The translations under genes were made by a program, and so were the position numbers. A stretch of DNA of 63,844 nucleotides, filler included, from Corallochytrium limacisporum Hawaii (taxonomy: Eukaryota > Protista > Pluriformea), in NCBI GenBank assembly GCA_002811645.1. It is 3 parts of 3 records of this genome, joined end to end, with 100 filler letters (N's around TTAATTAATTAA, not from the genome) between each part and the next. Parts side by side here need not be neighbours in the genome. Positions count along the whole stretch, not along the records: positions 41,120 to 63,844 come from PDIP01000254.1; 2 more parts are not named here. The stretch is one strand, 5' to 3'. Shown here one piece after another: positions 42,161-52,495 of this stretch (within the stretch, counting starts at the first letter, position 1; each line of letters starts with the position of its first letter). The notes under the pieces were generated by a model. It was given only the letters and a program-made list of their open reading frames with translations. It had not been told where the DNA came from and did not search any database.

Positions 42161-45025
42161 ATGGTGGCAAATAGCAGTGGTGCGGCAGCAAGTGCCGGGG
42201 CGCCTCAGACTGCGAAAACAGCTGCGAACATTGTGGCTGCTGAAGCAGAAAACAGAGAACGAGAACGGGCGCAACTCTTACTCAGTGATCTGGTTAGCAG
42301 CGAGGGCCAGTTCGTGCCGACATTGAAAGCTGTGTACGACAATGGCAAGGATGAACAGTTCAGCCGGGCTATCGATGATTTTGTGGAGAAATGCAACCGA
42401 GACATCAAACGTTTGTGCGGCCACAACTACTCCAATATGTTCGAGAGCGTGGATCAGTTGTTCGAACTGAACAAGCACGTTCAAGCATTGCAGGATGAAG
42501 TCAAGGCACTGAACGTCAATCTGCAGGAGAGCGGAAGCGCTCTATTAGAGGCAGCGGATGAACTGGAGCGCAAACGATACATTGTCGTAAACATGGCCAG
42601 GGCTGTCAAAGGTCTGACGGAGTGCATTCCCGTGGTACAGATCTACCGCAAAGTGCTCCGGCAGGTCAGTCAGAAGCGTTTCTACTCCGCTCTGATTGCC
42701 ATTGAGGCCCTAGAGGTCCGGGAGCTGCCAAAATTACCGGATTATTCGTACGTCGGGATCATTCGCGAACGGCTGCCACATTTGCGCATGCGCATCAAAC
42801 TGGAAGTGCGCAGCGATGCTCAGGACTGGCTGGAAGGGTCGATGAAGGCATGCCGTGCGGTGGGCATTCGTGCTCTGGAACGCGCCAAAGCGCAGGTTGC
42901 AGAAGAGTCCAATGAACTGCTCACCATCGGCGCCCTGCGGTGGGAACAGGCCACCGGTGAGGGCAAAGTCAGGGCAAGCGACTTCAATCAGTATTCTCCG
43001 ACCAGGGGATCCCAGAACGTTCGGGTCACGAGCTCGCAGTCGCAGTTGATGCGTGCGGCTGGCACTGGCGTGCTCCGCTCTGCATCGGACGTCATAAACC
43101 ACCGCAGTAGCCAATCCAAGGCCACAGAGAGCAGGGGTCGTCTGCCCGTGCTCGATCCGCACTTGGACGGCGGTGTGGAGAGCGCGAGCCGTGCATCGGT
43201 ATCCTCAATGGAGGCCCCTGCGTTACCCACCCCGCAAAAGAAATCATTCTTCCGCGCCGGCAACAAACCGGCAGGCTTGCGTTCGAGTCTGGTGGGAGCT
43301 TCTTCCCAGGACGACAGTGGGTCACGGTCATCGCTCGCGATCCCGCGGTACTCCGGGGCTGCGATGGACGCGACGAACCCAACTGTTTCCCTTGATGATG
43401 GCAACATTGATTGTTCGGTTGTCTATCGCTGTCTGCACATTTATGAACTCATGCAGAGCCGCAGTGAGTTCGCCAAGTACTACAAGGATAACCGGTGGCA
43501 ACAGATTAGCAATTTGCTGGATGACTTTCCAGTCAATGACGGCGGAAAGGCAGACCTCCGCGCCTGGGTGAAGGCTTTGTGCAGTGTCATGGGTTTCTTT
43601 GTGATTGAGGACACAGTCATGAACACAACATCTGGTCTGCTAAGCCGTGCTGCTCTGGACGACGTCTGGGACATGGCCATCAACCGCCTGTCCACCATCA
43701 TCCAAGAGACCCTCACCTGCGTCCATCGCATCGATCGCGTGCTAGAATTTAAGGAACTGCTGTCCCTCTTCTTTGTCGGACTTCAGGAGCATTCGTACAA
43801 TGCCAGTCGGCTCACCAACATTTTGCCCATCATTCACTCACGCTACCGGGAACTGCTGGCGAAGAAGTGGGGGGGAAAGTTCTTGGAAGCCTTCCACTCG
43901 GATGATCTGCAGCCCCTGCGGGTGAATAGTCAGGAGGAACTTAACGAAATAGCTGGAGACCTGCCGTACGCAGAGGAGCGGCGAGAAATGGTCCGGCCGT
44001 CGGAGTTCCCTGCAGTCCTAGGCTTCACATCATGCGTCCCAAAGATCTACTCACTGATTCTGGAGTACCTACCAACGACTATGGATTTCATGGAGAATCT
44101 GAACCTCAGCCAAACGCAGATCGACGCACGCACCCGCCGGGATGTGAGACAGCTGATTGAAACTGAATTGAAGGACCGTATCCGCACGCTCATTCACGAG
44201 TCGCAGACGCAGGTTCAGTACCTAGTGCAGATTGTCAACAATCTGATTTACATTAACGATGCCTGCGCGCGCATTGATGGCCACGTTACGCAACTGCTGG
44301 TGGCGGCAGGTATCACCCTGGCTGGCACCAGCGAGTCCTTCAAGGTCGGAAAGAATGATTTCTTCTCCGATGTGTCCCGAGAGGCCGAGGACATGGTGGT
44401 GATGTACATGCGGGAGCGGGTGAAACAGTTCTTTGGACTGGCTGACTATGAATGGACTCCAGCTGGTGGATCTAAGGACGCGTCTGAGTTTGTGGACAGT
44501 ATGATTATGTTCCTGCAGTCCTCATTCTCGCCCCTGACCATGTTCCCTACCCAGACGCAGGTTGACCGCAGCTACGCTCGTAGCTTTGAGGCGATTTCTG
44601 GCGAATTCCACAAGCTCGTTCTGAGCGATGACTTCAAGATCATCAATCGGCACGCCTTCCAAACCCTACACACGGACATTTCAGCGGTGGAGGAATTCGC
44701 GGACCTCCAGCCGGTGCCCAACCTGCGAGCCACGCTGCTGAGCGTGCGGCAGTTGGTGGATCTGTTCCGACTAGAAGACTTTGAACGGTACATCGAGGGA
44801 CTGGCGCGCCGCAAACCTTACGGTATGGTGGAGCCAGCCATTGTGCTCTCCCTGCTGGACAAGTACTACGGCGAGCAGGACCAGCACACTGCCTACTCCA
44901 ATTTCCGCAAGACAGGCCGCGATCGCAAGAAGGCCATGAACGACCTGATCCAGCGGCTCACCCGCAAGATGCACGAGCTTGCGCTGCCATTTGAAACGAG
45001 GGGACAGATGGAAGCGTTGATGTGA
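42161..45025 (+). CDS. EXOC6: Exocyst complex component 6 (Sec15)
   Basis: PTLKAVYD; IKRLCGHNY...SVDQL; FYSAL; IDCSVVYRCLHIY; YYKDNRWQQ; GFFVIED; FFGLADYEW; RQLVDL. Confidence 0.93.
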   Translation: MVANSSGAAASAGAPQTAKTAANIVAAEAENRERERAQLLLSDLVSSEGQFVPTLKAVYDNGKDEQFSRAIDDFVEKCNRDIKRLCGHNYSNMFESVDQLFELNKHVQALQDEVKALNVNLQESGSALLEAADELERKRYIVVNMARAVKGLTECIPVVQIYRKVLRQVSQKRFYSALIAIEALEVRELPKLPDYSYVGIIRERLPHLRMRIKLEVRSDAQDWLEGSMKACRAVGIRALERAKAQVAEESNELLTIGALRWEQATGEGKVRASDFNQYSPTRGSQNVRVTSSQSQLMRAAGTGVLRSASDVINHRSSQSKATESRGRLPVLDPHLDGGVESASRASVSSMEAPALPTPQKKSFFRAGNKPAGLRSSLVGASSQDDSGSRSSLAIPRYSGAAMDATNPTVSLDDGNIDCSVVYRCLHIYELMQSRSEFAKYYKDNRWQQISNLLDDFPVNDGGKADLRAWVKALCSVMGFFVIEDTVMNTTSGLLSRAALDDVWDMAINRLSTIIQETLTCVHRIDRVLEFKELLSLFFVGLQEHSYNASRLTNILPIIHSRYRELLAKKWGGKFLEAFHSDDLQPLRVNSQEELNEIAGDLPYAEERREMVRPSEFPAVLGFTSCVPKIYSLILEYLPTTMDFMENLNLSQTQIDARTRRDVRQLIETELKDRIRTLIHESQTQVQYLVQIVNNLIYINDACARIDGHVTQLLVAAGITLAGTSESFKVGKNDFFSDVSREAEDMVVMYMRERVKQFFGLADYEWTPAGGSKDASEFVDSMIMFLQSSFSPLTMFPTQTQVDRSYARSFEAISGEFHKLVLSDDFKIINRHAFQTLHTDISAVEEFADLQPVPNLRATLLSVRQLVDLFRLEDFERYIEGLARRKPYGMVEPAIVLSLLDKYYGEQDQHTAYSNFRKTGRDRKKAMNDLIQRLTRKMHELALPFETRGQMEALM

Positions 45026-46275
45026 AGTTATTACATAGATGTACAGATAAATGATGTTTTCAAGGTCATGTGATGTCTCTTGGCAAGCTAGGCAATGGGG
45101 GAGGTGAAGCACGGGTCTGGATGCGGTCTGTCGTGTGTGGTCGGGACCCCAAATTTGATCGGTTCACAACCATTGCAACCTCCCAACCTCCGCCGCGGGG
45201 GGAGCCCTGGTGGCCATGCGTGACTTGCCTTCCCTCCCACCCTCCCCACCAAAACAAATACGTTACCGACCACCGTCCACTTTGAGATTACCGTATATGA
45301 AATAATCATGACGGACGGTTAGTATATTGATAAATAGGTAGTCTTGGCACTTGTCACACGACCAACCTGGGTAAATAAAATAGTAAGTATGTAAATAATC
45401 TTCTAGCCTGCCCCCCGGGGGCCCTTGCTCTCCAAAATATTCTGCTTTCTCTCTCTCTCACCCGCTCCGTGTCCTCAGCCGCCAAAAGCCCCCCCCCCAC
45501 GGGGGGGCACCACACTGTGCGTTTCAGTTACTTTTTGGGTCTTAACTTCTTTGGCTAAGTTTGCTGGGCGGGGGACAAGGGTGAATTACGCCAGCCGACT
45601 CTACCCTCGCTTCCCTTTTTCGTTTTCCAAACACCCGCGACCCCCCCCCCCCAGCGCACCGATCCTGCGAGGGACAGGCGTTTGCTCCTCCCCCTCCTCT
45701 GCGTGCAAGCGCCACAACGCGCGTTCAACCCCCCGCCCCGGGGGCCTTTCCCGACGGTTTCTTTTCTTGGGAGGTTTCTTTTTTCCCCTTCGTCTCTTTG
45801 GCCGGCCCCCCTCCACTCCCCTTCCCTTCACTTCTCCTACTCCCCCCGCGCGGCCCGGAAGAAAGAGTAGGGGGCTCTCCTTTTCCTGGGATGGGAACAA
45901 GGGTGGTTGCATCATCGGTTGATTTGGGGGGGTTGCCCATTTCGTAGGAATGTGTGTTGCAGATGAGGGTCTTCAAAGGTACGAAAGGCTGGTGAGTGAC
46001 TGGGGCACCCGAGTATGAGACTTGACATGATGGAACAAGAACGTGGAGGAGTGGAACCCAAGGATTGTTCTATCGAGAGTACATCTGCTGAATCTCACAT
46101 CATTTCACTGAGAAAGAAGTCTTTTCACTAGCTTTTAAAGAATCTCTTGTTTTCCTCAGTTTGTTTTATAGGCTTTCCATCATGGACAGGGCTCGGTGTT
46201 GAAAGCCAGTGAACATTTTGTAGACAAATATTTGACGGAAAAGGGGGGAACAGTAACATTTTAGCACATCTAAGG

Positions 46276-49200
46276 ATGATTGCGAACTTCCATTCCCTGA
46301 GGGGCACCGTGCTGCTGGCACGGCGATGCCCTGCCCTGGTCCAGTACAGATCATTGACCACCACAGGCCTTGTTATGCAGAATCGGGTACTGGTTGTGCG
46401 CAGTCATCACCAGGGACTACTGACTCCTAGTACCGATACATTCTTCCTCCGTTGTCAGCGACGCTGGCAGACCACGGCAGAGACACCGAAACGCAACAAC
46501 GCCGCAGCTGAATCAACGGGACAGTCTACGAAGACTACAACCACAACAACGGCACAGGGATCTACTGGCGAAGTTGGAACAATGGCTGCGAATGGAAAGG
46601 GACCGTTTACCACCACGGTTGAGGGAGCCGGATTAGAATCCAAGACACCGCGAACAATTGCACCCCTCCAGGACGAATTCGCCCTACGTGTCCGACAGTT
46701 CATCTATGGTGAGTCACGAGATGCTATGGAAGCCACTGCGCGCAAGAGCAGTACGGGCGTTGGAGACAAGAAGACCGGCGAAGTGAGCAAATTCGAACTC
46801 TCCATGCGCGCCCTGCGGGCCAGACAACGTGAGCTGCAGCACGAACATCATCGCATGGAGGAGCATCAGGCAGCCCAGGATGCAGCCAAGGTGCAGCTCA
46901 CGACCTACCAAAAGGTCATGCGCATGGTGCAACACACGATGGTCGGCTTCAAGCTCTTCTTCCTGGACGTTCGCATTGGCATGCGACTGGTGGGAAAGAT
47001 CACGTCGGGCAAAACTCTCACCCGACGCGAACGGAAGCAGTTGATCCGTACCACTTCAGATATTTTCCGCATGGTCCCATTCTCAATTTTCGTCATTGTA
47101 CCGTTCATGGAATTGCTGCTGCCTGTGGCTCTATGGCTGTTCCCGGGCATGCTGCCATCGTCATTCCGCAGCAGCCGCGAGGAGGACGAGAATCGCCAGC
47201 GTCAGCTGAAGGTCAAGCTCGATATGGCTCGTTTCCTACAGGACACAATCGAAGAGATGAGTATCACGGTCAAGGGCGATGGCTCCAGTGTCGGCGACTT
47301 CGCGCGGGTCATGCGTGAGATCCGCAGCGAGGGCTCCATCATCACCACCGAGGACATTATCAAATTCTCCAAAAGTTTCCGCGACGAATTGACGCTGGAT
47401 AATCTGCAGCGTCCACAATTGGTTGCACTGTGCAAGATTCTCATGTTGCCCACCGTTGGCACCACGAATATCCTGCGCTTCCAGCTGAATTACAAACTTC
47501 GTCAACTCCGCGCAGATGACGAACTGATTGAGGACGAAGGCATCGAGAACCTCACCACGGCAGAACTACAGGCGGCTTGCCAGGCTCGTGGTATGCGTGC
47601 CATTGGTCTGAGTGAGGACCGTCTGCGGTACCAATTGCAGCAGTGGATTGACCTACATTTGCATGAGCACGTACCGACCTCACTGCTGCTAATGAGCCGT
47701 GCTCTGTACCTACCGGACGGCATCCCAGTCAAGGACATGCTCAAGGCTACCATCAGCGCCTTGCCCGAGGAAGTGGTTGAGGAGGCGGAATCGACAATCC
47801 GTGAGACGGAGGGTGATACGCTGTCCAACGCCGAGCGTCTCAAGGTGCTGGAGCGTGAGCAGAAGCGCATCGAAGAGGAAGATATCGAAGAGAAGAAAGC
47901 AGTGGAACAGGCAAAGGAGCACGAGGCCGCAGCGGCTGCGGCAGTGGCAGCCGCGGATGTCGAGGCCATCGCTGCAGGCAAACTACCCGACGCTCTCAGT
48001 GTGGCTACCGCAGGGACAGCTACTGTAGAACCTGGCATGTCAAGTGGTGAACAGATTGTCGACATGGCCGAGGTTAATGCGGCATCCAAGGCCGCAGCGG
48101 AAGCGATTGCGGACCACGTTCCAGACGACAAGAGTTCTCCGGCGACCACGGCGACGACCGCTGAAGAGAGAGCAGCGTCTGCGATGGAGGATCGCACAGG
48201 TATGGAGCAGACTAGGCCCGCAACGACAACGGTCAACGAGTCAGATATGGCTGAAACACGGGCACCTGATGCTGGTGAGATGCTCTCGTCCGTGGCTGAG
48301 GACGAGCAGGCCGCTGCCGCGGCTAAGGCTGCGGAGGCGGAAGAAACTCTCACCGTTGAGTCCGGCACAAAGAGCACTGAAGCCACTGCCACTACTGCGG
48401 CCGCCGATGAACCGGGTGAGCAACTCCGTGGCATGTCCGACGAACGGTCTCGCGTTGTGCGTGAGCTGGAGGACGACCTGCTAGCTGGCAAGATCCCAGG
48501 GGTCATGGAGAAATATCTGCAGGAGGGTAAGGAATCGATCATCGACAAAGTTGGACTGGCCGCCGAGGAACGTTTGCCGTCAACGTTGACCAACGAAGAA
48601 CTGCGAACAATTGCGGAAGCAGTGTGGGCCGGCACGAAGGGTCGCATTGCGAAGGAACGCGAAGAACTGACCCAGCTCAAGGAAACGCGCCGTGGCTACA
48701 AAGAATCCATGGAGAGCGCCCAAGAAGAGACCCCTGGTGCAGTGAAGGAGAGTGTGGCCGCCAAACGTCTAGGTAAGCGTGTGGACAAGATGATCATGCG
48801 ACTGGATCGCATTGTCAAACGGGTGGAGGAGAAGGACCAGGAACGCGAATTGAAGAAGAAGGAAGAAAAGAAGAAGGAAGAAAAAGAGGCCAAGCTTAAG
48901 CAGCAACAGCAACAACAACAACACCAAGAGGGAGATGCGGAGCTGCTCAAAGAAGGACCAACGCTGAAAGATAGTGCGCCTGCGGTCGATTCCGAGGCAG
49001 TGGCCGCAACGGCTGCTGGCGGGGATGCTGAGGCGACAGCAGCGGCAGCCGACAGCGCCGCAGACCGCCGCGCAGTCTTTGAAAAGGTCCGTGGGGCCAT
49101 GAGGCCGTTGTTGGAGGCCGATGCTGTTGAAGGCAACGCTGTCAGTGTTGATGATTTGGTCGGAGCAATTTTGAAACTCAAGAATCCACCATCGCCAGAG

Positions 49201-49422
49201 ACGACGCGTGCTCTGGTCGATTCGCTGGATCTGGACCACGACGGCATGGTCTCTGTCGAGGAAGTGCTAGTCGTACTGGAGGATCTACAGAATGGCGGTG
49301 CAGATATCAACGTCGGTGAGGTAGAGGACTTTGTGCTGCTTGCCCAGCAGGAGTCCAAGATCAAAGAGATCAAGGAGAAGAAAAAGGACGCAGCCGAGAA
49401 GGAGAAGACATCTTCCGATTAA
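46276..49422 (+). CDS. LETM1: LETM1/Mdm38 mitochondrial inner-membrane cation/H+ exchanger with C-terminal EF-hand
   Basis: Presequence; LTRRERKQLIRTTSDIFRMVPF...VPFMELLLPVALWLFPGMLPS; LTLDNLQRPQLVALC; ELQAACQARGM; EF-hand DLDHDGMVSVEE. Confidence 0.95.
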   Translation: MIANFHSLRGTVLLARRCPALVQYRSLTTTGLVMQNRVLVVRSHHQGLLTPSTDTFFLRCQRRWQTTAETPKRNNAAAESTGQSTKTTTTTTAQGSTGEVGTMAANGKGPFTTTVEGAGLESKTPRTIAPLQDEFALRVRQFIYGESRDAMEATARKSSTGVGDKKTGEVSKFELSMRALRARQRELQHEHHRMEEHQAAQDAAKVQLTTYQKVMRMVQHTMVGFKLFFLDVRIGMRLVGKITSGKTLTRRERKQLIRTTSDIFRMVPFSIFVIVPFMELLLPVALWLFPGMLPSSFRSSREEDENRQRQLKVKLDMARFLQDTIEEMSITVKGDGSSVGDFARVMREIRSEGSIITTEDIIKFSKSFRDELTLDNLQRPQLVALCKILMLPTVGTTNILRFQLNYKLRQLRADDELIEDEGIENLTTAELQAACQARGMRAIGLSEDRLRYQLQQWIDLHLHEHVPTSLLLMSRALYLPDGIPVKDMLKATISALPEEVVEEAESTIRETEGDTLSNAERLKVLEREQKRIEEEDIEEKKAVEQAKEHEAAAAAAVAAADVEAIAAGKLPDALSVATAGTATVEPGMSSGEQIVDMAEVNAASKAAAEAIADHVPDDKSSPATTATTAEERAASAMEDRTGMEQTRPATTTVNESDMAETRAPDAGEMLSSVAEDEQAAAAAKAAEAEETLTVESGTKSTEATATTAAADEPGEQLRGMSDERSRVVRELEDDLLAGKIPGVMEKYLQEGKESIIDKVGLAAEERLPSTLTNEELRTIAEAVWAGTKGRIAKEREELTQLKETRRGYKESMESAQEETPGAVKESVAAKRLGKRVDKMIMRLDRIVKRVEEKDQERELKKKEEKKKEEKEAKLKQQQQQQQHQEGDAELLKEGPTLKDSAPAVDSEAVAATAAGGDAEATAAAADSAADRRAVFEKVRGAMRPLLEADAVEGNAVSVDDLVGAILKLKNPPSPETTRALVDSLDLDHDGMVSVEEVLVVLEDLQNGGADINVGEVEDFVLLAQQESKIKEIKEKKKDAAEKEKTSSD

Positions 49423-49570
49423 TGTCATCCGTTTGGCTTGATCACGTCGAAAGCTGCACGGTTCTTACTCTCTTTGTATATAGAGTCTTAATGTATATCA
49501 TAGTTCTGAGAATTACGAAATGAAGTACTGAACCTGACAATGTACGGTGATGAGCTCGGTCAGATGAATG

Positions 49571-51985
49571 TCAACGAAGTGGCCCGACCCCATTACGCAG
49601 CCAGTTTAGCGTGCTGGATACACTTTCTGTGAACTTGTCAATCAAACCCTTTCTACCTTTCAGGGCCACTGATGTTACATCCATCTGGGCCTTGGCGACC
49701 TGCTTTTCTAACTTTTTGAGACCACGTTCATTGGCATGGGTGTGCAAATCTGCGAGATCGTCAACAATGCCCTCCACAATTTCCCGCAGCTTCCTAGTCG
49801 TATCAGCCTGCTCTCTCTGCAGGCAGTGAATCTCACTCAAACGTTTCACGGTCTCATCGTCATGTTGGCGGACAGCCGTGAAGAGCCTGTCACGGAGTTC
49901 AGTGGCAGCCTTTGTCTCCACGCTGTGCATTCTCAAGTTGACCGTACGAAGGTCATCCCCAAGCTTTTGAAAGACATGGGAGATACCTTGCTCCACATCC
50001 GGCCCCATCGCATCAAGCTCCTGGTGTGATAGTCTTTGTTGCGGGGCGCGGACTTTGACAGTGGCTCCAGAATGAAACTCTTGCTCCGGGGTCCCGTGAT
50101 GCTGGATGTGCAGTGCAGCCGTATGGATCGGTGTTGCGATGTCTACTGTTGGCATCCGTGGATCTGAGCATTTAGCAGGATTCCTTCGGGTGCGCTTCCT
50201 GCGGTGATGGTCCTCCGGACCAAAGAGATTCGAAACTGGTGGTGGAGTACATGGATGGGAACAGACAGGTTTCCTCTGCGCTTTTGGTTTGCCGTCACTG
50301 AGACTCGGGGATGAAGCATCACGACGTCTTCTTTTTGACTTCCCTATGGCAGCACTCGGTTTCTTGGAAGCGGGCTTTTCATTAGGATCTGAAGCGTTCC
50401 TCTTCTTTTGCACCTTCGTGGTGGTGCCCCTTTTCGAGTTTCCTTTGGACCGTGCTGGAGACCTCGGCATGGCGGGCATCAGAGTAGTAATGACCTTCTC
50501 TTTGTGGAGATGCGAGATGGGTGAATGATTCGTCTGAGCGGCATTAAAATATTGGTCTTGACCGGCTTTGGCTATTTCTTTCCGACGTCTGATTTGATCC
50601 TTCACCATAGAAACCTTTTTCGAAAGTGGAGCATACTTTGCCTTTCGCCCTTTGCCAAACACATTGCTCTTGATGCCCTTGTGCATTTCAGATTCCGCAT
50701 CTGCGACATTGCACGCAGTCGCATCTGGTTGGAGCGAAATTGTTGGCCCGTACTCAGTAATTTGCTCTTCACGCTGATCAGCTGCAGGTGCAACTTGGGG
50801 GCTAGTCTGCGGACTAATCTTTTCTCGCCTCATCCCTGAGTCAGGAACTGTATTTAGTGTCTCCGGTGATTTGATCCTATGGTCTCCTTCATTCCACACG
50901 TCAGGATCGTCATATGGTTGTATTGACTGCGACACAACAGGTGGCTGTGAGAGAGTCATTTGGTTGATATCGGCCGAAAAGGAGATGCTTGGTCCCTTAA
51001 CAGTTGGTCTGGGAGCGACCATGTCTTTGATCGCTTTCACAGTCGTTGGATTGGTGCAATCATTTATGACAATGTCGACTTCAGCAAAATTGGAATGTGA
51101 AGTAAATGTTATTGTCAAGACTATTCTGGATCTCTCCATCGTGTTGCTGACATTAGCGACTCGATTGAATGGGATCACTTCCACTCTGCCGTTCTGCTCA
51201 ATGGTAATATCTTTGCTGAAAGGGTTGCATTGAAAGTTAAAGGGAGGATTTGCAAGATCCAGGTCTGCAAGTACACTTGCAGGCTCGCCTCGTTTGATAG
51301 TAATTCGGTTGGATTGCAGCATTTCCACCGCCTGGTGGCCACGCTGATGTTGCAGATTCTGATTGTACGCGAGCACATATGCGTGGATAGCTTCTCTTGA
51401 CCTCTCCGTGACACATTTCACAACATCGTTCAGGAAATTCTTAAGAGTAGACACAGCTGCAAAAGATCTAGGCCAAATGATCTGCTCGAGCTCCGGAGCC
51501 GAGTAATTCATGATTGCTTTCAAGATGGCGACGAGGAGCATTTGCATTCTGTAGTCTGAAAGTAGGATCATCCACTTCTCAATCAAGTGAATTATATTGG
51601 GCAGATCAAAGATGTTTTGGGCCGCTTTAGGACTCTTCAACACCCATGCTTCCAAGCACCTAAGACAGCACAGTTTGATCTGTGGCGATCTTTTGTCGTC
51701 CTGTAGCATCTCAATGAGCAAATCCATCACGTCCTCAGCCCAAATATGCTCGAACTGAGATAGGTCACAAACCTCCAGGAACCGCTCTAGTTTCTTCAGA
51801 CGCACTTCACACTGTAGACCTTGTGCAGCCTTCACTCGTCTGACAAACAATCTTGAATGCGCAGTGGTATTCAATTCGCTTTCTTCGATTCCCAGCACTG
51901 AGGCGTCATCGTAGTTAGCATCATCTAGATCCGAGAAGGAGAGGATTCTGTGTGGCCTTGCTAGATACTGATCTGCGGACATCAT
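49571..51985 (-). CDS. 804-aa protein, putative SYCP2/Red1/Rec10-like meiotic chromosome axis protein
   Basis: Helical N-terminal domain with SDYRMQMLLVAIL, beta-rich PH-like segment FNFQCNPFSKDITI, long basic disordered middle, C-terminal coiled coil. The ORF is solid; the identity is an inference. Confidence 0.6.
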   Translation of the reverse strand: MMSADQYLARPHRILSFSDLDDANYDDASVLGIEESELNTTAHSRLFVRRVKAAQGLQCEVRLKKLERFLEVCDLSQFEHIWAEDVMDLLIEMLQDDKRSPQIKLCCLRCLEAWVLKSPKAAQNIFDLPNIIHLIEKWMILLSDYRMQMLLVAILKAIMNYSAPELEQIIWPRSFAAVSTLKNFLNDVVKCVTERSREAIHAYVLAYNQNLQHQRGHQAVEMLQSNRITIKRGEPASVLADLDLANPPFNFQCNPFSKDITIEQNGRVEVIPFNRVANVSNTMERSRIVLTITFTSHSNFAEVDIVINDCTNPTTVKAIKDMVAPRPTVKGPSISFSADINQMTLSQPPVVSQSIQPYDDPDVWNEGDHRIKSPETLNTVPDSGMRREKISPQTSPQVAPAADQREEQITEYGPTISLQPDATACNVADAESEMHKGIKSNVFGKGRKAKYAPLSKKVSMVKDQIRRRKEIAKAGQDQYFNAAQTNHSPISHLHKEKVITTLMPAMPRSPARSKGNSKRGTTTKVQKKRNASDPNEKPASKKPSAAIGKSKRRRRDASSPSLSDGKPKAQRKPVCSHPCTPPPVSNLFGPEDHHRRKRTRRNPAKCSDPRMPTVDIATPIHTAALHIQHHGTPEQEFHSGATVKVRAPQQRLSHQELDAMGPDVEQGISHVFQKLGDDLRTVNLRMHSVETKAATELRDRLFTAVRQHDDETVKRLSEIHCLQREQADTTRKLREIVEGIVDDLADLHTHANERGLKKLEKQVAKAQMDVTSVALKGRKGLIDKFTESVSSTLNWLRNGVGPLR

Positions 51986-52495
51986 GGCCCTTAGTCTAAT
52001 TTTAAGACATAATCTACCAAAGCAGTTATAATGGAAGCAATAGGCAAAGAAAGGACAGCATATCCCGGTTCACTGCAGTGTGAAATACCTAGGCTTCGTC
52101 AGATCGTGCATGAGTTGTTCGTGACCGGTGCGCAAAACTGTAGAGAAACCTGTGGGCCCTTTCCCCCTCCCTCCTGCCAAACTCGAAAGGGTGAGACCCA
52201 GCACTATATTTGGGGGCCCAATTTTCAGTCCATTATGAATTCTTCGCGCCCAAATCTAGGGGAGAAGGGTAATTGGGTATACCGTGGTACTCATCTTGGT
52301 AAAAACCATTCGGGGCCGTGGCACATTCAGGTATGAAATGAGTAATTCATGTTTGTATTGATTCGTACCGACAGCACAGAATCACTTGCCTGTTCCAAAG
52401 AAACAGTGGTCTGTGTGCTGTTCCAACTGGCATCTGTGCGGCCAGTTTGTTTCAGAGTACTATCGTCGTAGCTAAAGTATGGGCTGTTGTTTTCT

